Positions 23,865 through 43,412 of a DNA stretch of 64,000 bases are shown piece by piece; position 1 is the stretch's first letter, and each line of letters begins with the position of its first letter. Where the stretch lies: assembly GCA_002269645.1 (NCBI GenBank), contig NIVC01001199.1, positions 124,001 to 188,000 of the forward strand. The letters run 5' to 3'. The stretch comes from Macrostomum lignano (Eukaryota). The notes under the pieces were generated by a model. The model was not told the origin of the DNA, did no database searches, and saw only the letters and a list, made by a program, of their open reading frames with translations. Made by a program: the position numbers and the translations under genes.

Positions 23865-25110
23865 CGTCTCTTCTCTCCTCTTTTCTCTACTTTCGTCTCA
23901 TCTCATCTCTCCTCATCTCCTCCTCTCCTCTCTCATCCCTTCTCTCTCATTTCTCTCCTCTCTCATTTCTTCTCTCCTCTCTCATTTCTTCTCTCTCCCC
24001 TCTTTTCTCTACTTTCGTCTCATCTCATCTCTCCTCATCTCCTCCTCTCCTCTCTCATCTCTCTCCTCTCTCATTTCTTCTCTCCTCTCTCATTTCTTCT
24101 CTCCTCTCTCATTTCTTCTCTCCTCTCTCATTTCTTCTCTCCTCTCTCATTTCTTCTCTCCTCTATCATTTCTCTCCTCTCTCATTTCTTCTCTCCTCTC
24201 TCATTTCTTCTCTCTCCCCTCTTTTCTCTACTTTCGTCTCATCTCATCTCTCCTCATCTCCTCCTCTTCTCTCTCATCCCTTCTCTCTCATTTCTCTCCT
24301 CTCTCATTTCTTCTCTCCTCTCTCATTTCTTCTCTCTCCCCTCTTTTCTCTACTTTCGTCTCATCTCATCTCTCCTCATCTCCTCCTCTCCTCTCTCATC
24401 TCTCTCCTCTCTCATTTCTTCTCTCCTCTCTCATTTCTTCTCTCCTCTCTCATTTCTTCTCTCCTCTCTCATTTCTTCTCTCCTCTATCATTTCTTCTCT
24501 CCTCTATCATCTCTCTCCTCTCTCATTTCTTCTCTCCTCTCTCATTTCTTCTCTCCTCTCTCATTTCTTCTCTCCTCTCTCATTTCTTCTCTCCTCTCTC
24601 ATTTCTTCTCTCCTCTCTCATTTCTTCTCTCCTCTATCATCTCTCTCCTCTCTCATTTCTTCTCTCCTCTCTCATTTCTTCTCTCTCATTTCTTCTCTCT
24701 CATTTCTTCTCTCCTCTCTCATTTCTTCTCTCCTCTCTCATTTCTTCTCTCCTCTCTCATTTCTTCTCTCCTCTCTCATTTCTTCTCTCCTCTCTCATTT
24801 CTTCTCTCCTCTCTCATTTCTTCTCTCTCCCCTCTTTTCTCTACTTTCGTCTCATCTCATCTCTCCTCATCTCCTCCTCTCCTCTATCATCTCTCTCCTC
24901 TCTCATTTCTTCTCTCCTCTCTCATTTCTTCTCTCCTCTCTCATTTCTTCTCTCCTCTCTCATTTCTTCTCTCCTCTCTCATTTCTTCTCTCCTCTCTCA
25001 TTTCTTCTCTCCTCACTCTCTCATTTCTTCTCTCTCCCCTCTTTTCTCTCCTCTCTCATCTCTTCTCTACTCTCTCCTCTCATCTCCTCTCTGCTCCGTT
25101 CCCTCTCTCT
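23865..25110. repeat. 19-bp CT-rich minisatellite with higher-order variants
   Basis: TTCTTCTCTCCTCTCTCAT, with a recurring CTACTTTCGTCTCATC block. Confidence 0.93.
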
Positions 25111-26773
25111 CTTCCTCGCTCATCTGGCCCGCCGCCATGAGCTGGATTATCCATCTGGCCCTGAGGCGCTAAGATATTACGAGCTCAAGGCATAGAAATG
25201 ACAATACACTTCTTCGTCATCAATGATATCGACAAAAAATCAAAGCCCAGAATACTGATACTCACTGCAACAGATGACAAGCCAGCAAGGCAATGGATGG
25301 CAAGGTCAAATCGTCCGAGCTGAAGCAGCACAACCGATTGAATAGTACTAGACCTGGCATAGTACTAAACCTTGTCAAGTGGCGGGCGCGTTAGCTGGTG
25401 GCATTTCCGCCGTACAGGAAAGTCAGCCTCGCATTGGACCCCAGGCTGTAAAAATGATAATAAAATAATACTAAATGTTGGCCAGATTACCGAGTAAAAT
25501 ATTATTAAAGAATTGATGAACAGGGAAATAAAGAATATTTTAATTCCCTATTTTTTATTACAGACAAGCTGGCAAAGAGGCGAAACAACACAGAAAGATC
25601 TATGCGGTGGTACACGGTATATATAAGCAGATATATCTTTGGCTATATTTGCCTAGCGACAAGGTGACGGACGCTCCTGCGCACAAGTAGTCCGCCCTGG
25701 AATAACCCCTTCCCCTCCACCGCAAGTAGGTTGGGGTGGGATAGGGAGGAAGCCAAGCAAAGCGGATTGGCCTACGACAGGAAGGGAGACAGAGGAGGGC
25801 TGCTGTAGCTAGCCAGCCTGTATTGGGGATTTGCACTGCACTGCAATAGACGCGTATAGCGAGAGGCCAAGGGAGCCAAGAAGAGTCAGTTGCGTATGTC
25901 GTATTAAAAACCAACAATAAAGCAGCCAGCCAATGACGACGCAAGACGGAGAGAGCTTACAGAATTTCTCTACTGTAATCCTTTGCCCTGCGTCTCATAC
26001 ATTGTCCCTATTCCCTTACTACAGAGGTGGGGGGGGGGGGCTAGGAGCTACGCTGCAACGCTGCAGTACAAGTCGCCTACACAACAGCGTCAATTAGCAA
26101 TCGCCATGCACTGGTTATAACCTCTTTTGCCGGCGGGCTGGGCCAGGTCACACAGGCCGAAAATCAAAAGAGGCGGCAAAACTAAAAGGATGAGACGAGT
26201 GGACAATAAATTACCCCCACCCTCCCTCTTTCTGCTGCTACCCGTGCCTTCTAATCACCAGAAGGTCTAAGTAGAGAGAAGCGACCTCGAGGTCACATAC
26301 GCTAATACTTCCCGTCACCCTCCCAAATCCTCAGACTGTGCAAGCGCCAACGCATTGGTCAATAAACGAGTCCCTGAAGCATTTTAACTGAACTGAACCC
26401 ACTTGTGAACATTCATTGACGTTTAAAAACATTAATTTATTTCACATGTACTTTGCCAGTTTTTTCAAGTTTTGATCGAACTGTCACGACTTCTCCATGG
26501 TGCAATAAGATTACCGGTAGTGAACTTGTATTGTAGCTTGTAAAATCCAAATCATTTTATTAGGGAATCTACAGTCTGTTCCGGTAGTAAATCAGATTAG
26601 GCGAAGGAATCAAGCTATAGCTCGTAAATACAACCCGACCCGATTGTGCCAAGAAAAACAGCAATATGATTGTCTTTTTATAATCTGGGCACGCGGACTG
26701 CTTTTGTCAACTTAAAGATTTAGAAGTAGCACTATTAAAGCGCAAGAGAAAAAAATACGAGCTATTTCGCAAG

Positions 26774-27272
26774 TGCTAACCCACCAATCCTTCAGGTAGA
26801 ATGGCTACTGCTAACCCACCAATCCTTCAGGTAGAACGGCTACTGCTAACCCACTAATCCTTCAGGTAGAACGGCTACTGCTAACCCACCAATCCTTCAG
26901 GTAGAACGGCTACTGCTAACCCACCAATCCTTAAGGTAGAATGGCTACTGCTAACCCACCAATCCTTCAGGTAGAATGGCTACTGCTAACCTACCAATCC
27001 TTCAGGTAGAATGGCTACTGCTAACCTACCAATCCTAAAGGTAGAATGGCTACTGCTAACCTACCAATCCTAAAGGTAGAATGGCTACTGCTAACCCACC
27101 GATCCTTCAGGTAGAATGGCTACTGCTAACCCACCAATCCTTCAGGTAGAATGGCTACTGCTAACCCACCAATCCTTCAGGGAGAACGGCTACTGCTAAC
27201 CCACCAATCCTTCAGGTAGAATAGCTACTGCTAACCCACCAATCCTTCAGGTAGAACGGCTACTGCTAACCC
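26774..27272. repeat. 35-bp minisatellite
   Basis: TGCTAACCCACCAATCCTTCAGGTAGAATGGCTAC, ~14 copies, no unique spacers. Confidence 0.95.
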
Positions 27273-28049
27273 ACAGATTTCTCAGAGAGAATTTCAACAA
27301 TGTAAACCTATCTCCAACTGAAATATGAAACATAAGTACATCAAATTTCCATGCCATTTTCAGCTGAAGCACCAGCCAACCAGAGGTCAAGTGACGCTAC
27401 AGGCAGACACCCAGTCTGATGGAAATGCATGGATAATGCTACACGAGAAAGTGCATGAAATATGGAGAAGATTCCGAAAATTGGGCCTAGATATCCCCCA
27501 GACAGTAGTGATCAAATCAATACAAGAAGCAAGCTTAAAATCTCACCACCTCTTGAGCTATCTTGAATAATGTATTGCTCTCTTGGGCAATCCCTATAGG
27601 CTACTGTATGCCTAACATATTCCATTGCTTAGAAGGCTTAGCAGACGTGCAAATATAATGTTCAATTCAATGATCTTCAGTATACAGAAAAGAGATGAAT
27701 CGTGCGTAATACGTCATATATAGGATTAAGATTAAATGCAAAGTAGCTTAAAACTTCATTCTCAATCTGAACTGGGTAGATATATGGACTAATGCATGCT
27801 TCATTTGCTACTGCCAAACCCAAGCTGGATTAACAGAATATCATGGGATTATTCAAGTAAAAAAATCGGCATCTATCAAGCAGGCTATTAATATTATATA
27901 AGCACCAAACGAATGCTGAGTATGACAGTCAGGAGATAGGTAATGAGATGGAAATTCTTGGGTCGATATGTATCGAAGTAGGAGTAATTCACTACCATTG
28001 GGATACCAGAGAATCAGCCAGGACTGCACCGCGTAGTGCACGAGAACTT

Positions 28050-31000
28050 AACTACTGTTAGTAGAATGACAGATTTTTCTGCAAATAGGTTAAGATAAAA
28101 ATTAAAATTTCAGCAAGAAATAAAGTTTAGCAAAATATATAAAAGTATACTTTATACTTTAAGTATACTTTTTACTTAAGTATACTTTTGTATGTAAGTA
28201 TACTTGTAATTTCAATTTGAATGCAAATCATTTGAGCTCTACCACTTGCCAGCCTATATCTTGGTGCATAATTGAGTTTGGTATAATAGCTGACTAGCAG
28301 CAGCACAATGCTTTATTAACTCTATAAGCACACCAAATGCTGCATACAGATTGTCAACTTTTCCTATATCCTATATAGGAAAAGTTGACATTGTTTGCTA
28401 GAGTATAAATCCATAAAGAAGTGCTATTTTATGTATGAAATCATATCTGTAGTATTTATTTCAAGTTCAGTAAATAAATTGATATATATTTAGAAAAAAA
28501 TCAATAGACATATTAATACTATTTTTTGCAAAGTAGTTTAATTTCGTCTTAGAACTCTTCTAAAAGATTTGCATTATCGAAATAGTACAAAAATATATAG
28601 CATATATGAAAGATTGGCACCCTTTGACTTAAGAAGTAAATATACAAAATTAAATAAAAAATTACTAGTATACCTACTAAAAACTACAAAGGCTTAAGTG
28701 CCAATACTAAATAATAATTACAACTAGACCAAGCTAAAATCTACTTGCTACCAAAATGACTAGCTTGCTATCAAAGCAACTGCCATTGTCAGCAAACTAA
28801 TTATAATATATGCACACTAGGTCTTATTATAATACTTTTCCAAAAACCTATATATGTATACTAGCCTAGTAACTAGGAGCTTTCAGAAAAAACTAGATAT
28901 ATTAAATACTTACAAATTTTAGATGAACCAAGCCACATCAATACATTTTTTCAACAGACAGTAGAATCCAAATGAGCCTAGATTTTTTATTTGAGCTTAA
29001 ATCAAGTAACTTAATAATAGGCTATCATTAGACTATATAATTATTATAATATATTAAACATATTTTACTATAAAATTTATAAGGGCCTAAACAATGCAAT
29101 AAGTAGAGGTATTTAATAATATAAAGGCTATAAATACTACATTTAAAATAATAATAATAACACTTGTATTAATTAGATGACAAGGCATTTAACCAAAATA
29201 ATACAGTCACTGTATGCTTGCTATTTACCCAAAATTACATTAATTTTGTTAACATTTCTGTCATAGGTATTATTAAGAAAATAACTTATAAACTAATAAT
29301 ATAAATGCCTTTGATAACTAGAATGACCACTTATTGAATTTTTTGTGCTAAGAAAAATGTGTCAAAAAATTAACTTGTAATCATCAAAATGTCTATTTGC
29401 TATCAAAACATGTCACAATAATGACTTGTCATTAAAACCCCAATTGCAGTCTCTGGCTATTTTTACCTTGGTTGCCCAGCATTTCTTGGGGCACAATCCA
29501 ATTGGCTTATTTCTTAATAGCCCAATCACTAAGTGTCCTTGCCAGTGGCAATGAACATATCTAAAAATAACCCTACTTTCTTTCCAATTATTTTGACCCT
29601 TGGCCCTGGTTCAGGGGGTGTACCTAGAGTGAATTAGAATTCTAGACTGCAGTATGGCTAGATTAGGACTTGAGCCTTTTGGTTGCACCTGCCCTGCAGA
29701 AAAGATGACCATTCACAAAAGTGTACAATAGAGCCCAGTTGATGCTAGCCCTAAGGCTGAGCCTCTGAGGTTGTGTGATCCTCCACCATGTTATCTCCCC
29801 ATGCTTTTATCCCTTGGTTTTATCTTGGCACTTGAGCCACCCAATTATTTGGAGTTTATTGATCTTGCCTCAGTGTTCTCATTTGCTCCCTTGGTCCATC
29901 TGCTGGCTCCTCTGGTTGTTTCCCTACTTTTGTGTCTCGGCTCTCATCACTGACATTAGATTAGAGTCTTGGGATAGATGTTTGTCCTGAATCAGGGAAT
30001 ACTAGCTGAGTCTAGGTTCCTCTTGATCCTTGTGCCCCTTTCCTAACTCTTTGGCTTGGCCTTATTAGAGCTGGATAGCAAAAAAGCCTTGAGGCTTGCA
30101 GCCCTATAGGAGGATTGCATCCTGGCTTACCTGATAAGAGACTCGCCCATCGCAATAAGCTTCAAGACTTGCTCCAATTTAAAGCCTTTTCTGTAGAATT
30201 TGTGGTTTCCCACTCTCAGATTGCTTTCTAAAGACTCTAAGTTTTTTAGCACACACACTTGGGTTTGGTTGTTGGTGGTAGCTTGGGTGGACTTGGTCCT
30301 AGCACTGTCCCTGATTCCATTGTAGGTTGGCGGTGTCTTAGTCTATAGGCTTGGGTTAGTAGCATTCAATAGTTCTACCAGGCCTTGAGTCCTAGTCCCA
30401 ATTATGGGGCACTCAGGCTTTGACTCCTGGTAGAATATCCTCCTTATAGATCCAGTGGCAGAGCCCTGCTATAAGGGCTGATCCATGGGCAACAATGCTT
30501 CCTATCCTTATTTAACAACAAAACCCTAATTGCAGCCAACTCTACCTTATTATAGTCCCTAATTGTCCCTTTGCCTGTTCTTTACATACATAGTTTATAA
30601 GTCATTTCTATTTTTAAAACTCATTCACCATGGCACTGTTGCTAGCAAAGAAAATCAAAAACAAAATTCATGCATAAGAAAACTGTTATATTTGTTTTGT
30701 TTTTCCAACTGATATGCATTGTGTGCAGTCAGTAAATAAAAACAAGTGTTGTTTTACTTAGCACTTTCTAGAAAATTAGAATACATTATTATATTTATGT
30801 TTGCGTTTATTTCTATCAAATCTTATTATACACCAGTAGTACCATTTTTCAATCCCTGTTGTACTGTCGCACAACAAGCCAAAATTTTAATTAATATTCT
30901 GTCATACATAGACATCTTTCTGCACTATGGATTGAATGCTTGCCAAGCCAAAATGCATGCTAGATTCTGGCATGAATAATGTCTTTTGGAATATATAGAA

Positions 31001-31600
31001 TTGGAGTAGACCTAGCCTATCTAATCCTAATTAACTATAATGTAGGCCTAGTCTTAACAATAATGATTTTAGATAATGGGAGAAAAATGTGCAAAATATA
31101 GTGAGAAATTCTATAAAAAAATAAATATGAAAAAATATAGAAGGTTATGGAAGTGAGGAAAAGTAATACAAAACTCTTATTATTCTATTACCCTGAAAAA
31201 ATTCCATTAGGCCTGCTAACACTAATACTAGGCCTACAGATCAATGGACAATGGGCCATTTCTTAATAATAATAGAATGTGCCCAACACTGTGCATTCTA
31301 GATACATAATCTCCACAAGGACTTCTAGACTAGTCTAGAGACTTAGTCTAGAAGTCCTTGAATCTCCATTGAGGCAATAATAGGCCTATTGTCATAGGCT
31401 ACTTATAAATCATAATTGATACTTGTAGTAATGAAAAAGATTATCCTAATTATATGCTTCCATGCTAGCATTGAGGTAGGTGTAGTGTTCAGTCGTTTGT
31501 AGGTGATATGTCTGGTGACATTCTGAAAAAAATTCTTTATTTTAAAAATTAATAATATGAATATGAATATGAGCAATATTAAACTATTATGTGACAATGT
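28050..31600 (-). mobile_element. Heavily C-to-T-decayed element with gag-like remnants (probable old retroelement)
   Basis: About 10 CpG counted by eye in 3.5 kb. One minus-strand frame (30340-29400) contains PPTYNG, YVHCHWQGH and KIARDC (zinc-knuckle-like remnants), interrupted by stops. Confidence 0.45.
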
Positions 31601-32662
31601 CATTCCGTCCGCATTTCAGCACTGTACACAAAAACTAGGCAGGTAAGGCAAGCTTGCAGGCATTGCATGTGCCGCGTAAAAAAAGTTGTTGACCAGCCGG
31701 CGTCGGCGCGTGGGTAACAAATTCGAAAATTGGAATTTAGTTAGAATCTTTCTACGAAGTGAAGCGGCTTAACGATGTGTGTTTATTTAATTCTTGAAAA
31801 TTATCTGCAAAGTGTTTTTTGAACCTAAAAGTACTTGAAGTTTTTATACTTTTACGTAAAATTGAGTTAGAAATGAAACTATTTTTATCTATGGAAAACA
31901 AACTAACATTTCAACTGGTGCAACATTGAATCTTTTAAATTTCTGATGCCGGACTCTGTCTGGGATTGAGACTAGTCTTTTACCAATGCTTGGCTTTTAT
32001 ATTCGTTTATAAGTTAAAAACGAAGCCCACAAGAAGTAAGCAACCTTTTTCTCTATTGATAAGGGGTCCATTTTTTCCTAGATTAATGGTGTGCTTCTTT
32101 CTCTGTGCGACGGTACGAGTACAGCTTCAGCTTTATATTATTGCGTTTGCATCCACTCAGATACTTCTAATGTTTAAAAAGCTTTTATTAGTGTTATTCA
32201 TTTTCTGAATTTAAAGTAGGTTTCCTTGATTGAGGGCTAGGAATGATCCGTTCTCTGTATACTCGTATGTCATTTAAGGATGAGTGGATGACTTAACGGA
32301 CCTGAAACTTCGTTTCTTAAAAAAACATTTCGGTGGTTGAATTTTGCGCGAAAAATACGCAGCGGTAACAGGAACTTACGTTAATAAGTTTGCAATAACT
32401 GTTTATTTTCGGCGCTAAAATAGAAATAGTTTTATCTTGGAGGCAGATCGAATGTTCAAGCATAACACTCTTGTTTGATTGCTCCATTGATTTTGTAACG
32501 AATGATGCTTAAAAAGCGACGTTTCCTGTCCTTCTGCTTAGTCTTAAGTCGTCCTTGATACCATCAGTGTTAATTTATATTATAGCTTTTCAAACTTTTT
32601 CATTTCTTCAAAGGTTGAGCTGAGCTGTTAAACTTGTTCGAGCTGTTGAGTAGTAGTTTTAC

Positions 32663-32834
32663 CAGGAGAGGATCCAGGGGTGGTCAAGGGGGCCATGCCT
32701 CCTCAGCCGTCGCCAAAAAATTGGGCCATACTTTTTGGCTGGTAACTATCCAAGGCATTTTTTTCGAATGTTGGGTAGTAATTGCTTGGTTTAGATTACC
32801 CCCACCCTTCAAAAATTTTCTGGATCCGCCCCTG
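32663..32834. mobile_element. hAT-type MITE (172 bp)
   Basis: TIRs CAGGAGAGGATCCAG / CTGGATCCGCCCCTG; 8-bp TSD AGTTTTAC (32655-32662) / AGTTTTAA (32835-32842), 7/8 match. Confidence 0.75.
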
Positions 32835-33871
32835 AGTTTTAATTCACTTGCCTTGTTCTAATTTTTAATGATTTGATTTGAATTCATTTGATTAATCTTT
32901 ATATTTGTAGGTCCCTATATTAAAACTAACAGTGAGTGTGAAAGAGAAATGTTGAATTTGATTTTTTGCTTAGTAGTTCATCTTGTAAAATATTTTGTTT
33001 AGCAAAATTCAATCTAGCACACCTATATGACATTCTTCAGCAAAAATATGCAAAGTGAGCGCAAGTCAAGTGAACACTTTGTCAACCATCAAACTTTGGA
33101 AGAGCCAAGCAAGCGCAGGTTTGTGTTGCTCACATCGGGTCAAATTCACAGCTCCCTCTTGGTTGCAAAATTATGCTGCTCACAGAAAAGCACTAGCTTG
33201 TTCATCTCGCATGGTGTGCTTGCTTTTCTTTTTGGTGATTGGGAAGTATGCTAGTATTTACTGTCTCGATCAATGCTACTTTACTAAACGTCTTTTGCAC
33301 TTCACTGCATGTATAGAGACGCTGCTCATGGACAATATTAGACCTAAAATATAGCACAACTACTATTATTGTCAAAGCTACACTTAGCTCAAATCGAAGG
33401 TTTGACCGAAAGGACGACCAAATTGAATGTAGAATGTGATTGGTCAGCATTTTGATGTTCACTAAAGAACCCTAAAATTGTAGCAGTTTGAATTACGGGG
33501 ATACTGCATGTTCAAATATCCAACATTATCTGATTGAAGTAGTATAACTGGGGATGTGAAACCATGTTCGCTTCTTTATTTTGTTTAGCTACTTTAAATT
33601 TCATCGCGCAAAAAATATCGCTGTTAGATACGAGCTGGGCGTGTATCCTACGCTGGTTGGATTTTTTCCTTCCCATGCATGGCTTTGCTCGCATATAGGC
33701 TATTAATTAACCCAATTGACTCGGCAAATATACACATGAGACTCCCTATCACCTGCTTATTGAATTCAGGTCTACCTGCCTGCATTTGGATGGATGCATA
33801 GAAGGAATATATACAATTCTAATGTGACAATAGAGCTCAGATTCAGAATAGCCAACCCAATTGCTAGGGGT

Positions 33872-33885
33872 GTTGCTATGGTAAC
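33872..33885. promoter_or_regulatory. RFX X-box motif
   Basis: GTTGCTATGGTAAC fits the X-box consensus GTHNYY-AT-RRNAAC and lies ~420 bp upstream of the first identified CCDC154-like exon. Confidence 0.6.
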
Positions 33886-34303
33886 AGAGAGAGAGAGAGA
33901 GAGAAGCGACTCCCCAGCTGCTCTTATGTTTCAGCCATTCCATCCTCTCTCCTCCCTCCGCTCTGTGAGCACAACGGTTGTGCAGCAGACTTGCTACATT
34001 CCAAGTCTTTCCCAATCGTTAGTTCTCGTCTCCGCACCGATTCCCCATCAACTGTTCCTCTCCATCGCCCATCCCCAAAACCCCTTTGGGGTAAACGCTT
34101 CTTTTATAAACTATAACGACATTGCGGAGCCGAGAGCGCTACTCCAAAACAATCGACAAGCGGAACTCGCATGCCTTTCATGCTTTGGTATTTTTTCGCT
34201 AGTCTACGAGGAAGACTAAGACAGAATGTAACGGTCCTCCGGCTCAATAGTAACTATATAATATAGTTTCTATTAAGTATACTAAATGACATTCTACTAT
34301 CAG

Positions 34304-41008
<6,705 letters not shown>

Positions 41009-42759
41009 GAATGTGGGAGCTACATCCTAAAATCCGAAACAGACATACATTATTTACATTTACAGTCATACGATATTTAGCTTTTTGCAATCCTTTGTGC
41101 AATAGAAGCGATCTATTTTTGCGGCTCTATAAAAAAGCATATTGATTTTATGGTTATTTAGCTAAACAAAATATTTGAGGCAGCCAAAATTTTTCTGATT
41201 ATTTTGCTGTCACAAATCTTTACAAATATAAGTGTAAATATATTTGCTTTTATGCTATAATTCGTCCTTTTCGTCATAATATACGGGTATTTAATGTACT
41301 GAATATATCTGATATTGATCACTAATTGCAATACGAGGACTGCACTGTAGTAACAATACTGTAGTTAACTATATGTAGTATATACATAATTTTACTGGCT
41401 GTTGTCCTTGGTGCAATATTATAAATTTGAAAGAAAGATTAAATATTTTGATTTTAAATGTTATCTTGATATCTATATTTTTACGACTATTTACGGAAGT
41501 TTAGTTGGTTTTTTAATAATGCTTTGTTATAATATTTTAGTCTCAGTAGGTGTACTTACTTATCAGTCTTTTCTTTTATTTATTCGTTTGTTTATTATAT
41601 TTAGTCGGATGAACATATTTTAGCTGCATTCACGTACCTACCCAACTAGTTTTTATACATCTACTTTATATGTGCATCGTTACGAAGTTTAGTTTCTTGC
41701 ATTAGCTAATCTGTTTGTTATAATAAATGTTGTACACCGGTACATTTACTATCTGTTGTGTATGAGTGTGCATATGCATGTGTGTGACACTGAAGCTTGG
41801 GCTATACTCGTATGAATATTACTGTCTATGGTATAAATACACGTGACGGCCTAGAGAGACGGCCATGCCCTCTGAGCTTTAGTTTCATCAGACCGCGCGC
41901 TATAGAAGATATAACCCTCTCGGCTTCGCGATATATAACACTATCATTGAATTTTTTAAACAAAACACAAAACAGTGAGTTATTTTGTCTCATATGTATA
42001 CCATTTATATACCATTTATTGTATTCTCTGGTGGTGCAGGCACAAAATTTGGCTATATATTAATCTGAAAAATATTAAATAAATATTATTTATGCGGGCG
42101 CATCTCTGGCTTTGCGGTAACTATATGGTCGGAATAATGAGCAATTCTCGATTTTTTTCTGCTATTTTTTTACTGACGGAACACAAATATTTTATTATCA
42201 ATATTATTATGCGATATTAACTTCATCTCCTGCTCAGACAGGTGTCACACTGTATTTTAAGTGTAGCATATTAGACACTCAAATTAGAGTAAATTTACTC
42301 AAAGTAGCAACTACAAATCGACAGAGATAGAGATAGTCATTCATCTGTTCACAAATCGAAGTGAATAATAATAATTATTATTGTATACTATTAGCGTCGA
42401 TTAACAACTTTAGAATTGGAACAAAAAAGTGGTTGATAGAAAAATTAAAGTAGAAGAAGCGTTTGGACTTTACTTTTTTTAGCCAGAGTTCGACAAATTC
42501 GGTTCGGTATTGAGAGGAATTGTTTCTGCAACTGCAACACTTCCGGAAGCTGACGCAGGTTAATAGCTCGAATAGTTAGCTGATATAAAATTCAGATAAT
42601 TTTTTAAGGACAAAAAATACTCGTACATTTACATGCATTTATGAACAAATACATTAAGGCCGTAAGCGGATATTGTTGTTTGGTTGATTACGATTCTGAA
42701 ATTGTCGTCTGACAGTTGTCCTCAGATGCACTCAAAAGATTACGGTCGACTTGTATTTT

Positions 42760-43260
42760 TCGACTCTGTGGGGACTGTCTGCAGATTCTGTGGCAACTGT
42801 CTGTCTGTACAGATTCTGTGACAAATGTCTGTCTGTGCAGATTCTGTGGCAACTGTCTCTCTGTACAGATTCTGTGACAAATGTCTGTCTGTGCAGATTC
42901 TGTGGCAATTGTCTGTCTGTACAGATTCTGTGGCAACTGTCTGTCTGTACAGATTCTGTGGCAACTGTCTGTGTGTACAGATTCTGTGGCAACTGTCTGT
43001 CTGTGCAGATTCTGTGACAACTGTCTCTCTGTACAGATTCTGTGGCAACTGTCTGTCTGTACAGATTCTGTGACAAATGTCTGTCTGTACAGATTCTGTG
43101 GCAACTGTCTGTCTGTACAGATTCTGTGACAAATGTCTGTCTGTACAGATTCTGTGACAAATGTCTGTCTGTAAAGATTCTGTGACAAATGTCTGTCTGT
43201 ACAGATTCTGTGGAAACTGTCACATTCTGTGGCAACTGTCTGTCTACAGATTCTGTGGGG
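42760..43260. repeat. 28-bp minisatellite
   Basis: CTGTCTGTCTGTACAGATTCTGTGGCAA. Confidence 0.93.
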
Positions 43261-43412
43261 ACTGACACCATTAAAAAACGTGTCCAGTATTTTTCGACCT
43301 GTTTCTTCTGTCCTGTAGATTTTCAGCGCAGATGGTGAGAAACATAAAAATTTAAACGAAAGCCAAAAATGAAGAATGCAATTTGTGGAATTCGGTCGTT
43401 CTACTCCCATCA

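Noticed and set aside
25132-25172. Perfect Kozak GCCGCCATG
   Set aside because: Opens only an 11-codon ORF with no supporting splice structure.
23825-25195. 436-456 aa Leu/Ser-rich 'membrane' ORFs
   Set aside because: Translations of a CT-rich 19-bp minisatellite.
26774-27272. CRISPR-like regular 35-bp repeats (also 773-1312 and 3445-4236)
   Set aside because: Units are head-to-tail with no unique spacers, there are no cas genes, and the context is eukaryotic.
28352-28401. Helitron 3' terminus
   Set aside because: The hairpin is AT-rich and CTAG is followed by A rather than T, with no Rep/helicase remnants; kept only as a generic hairpin finding.
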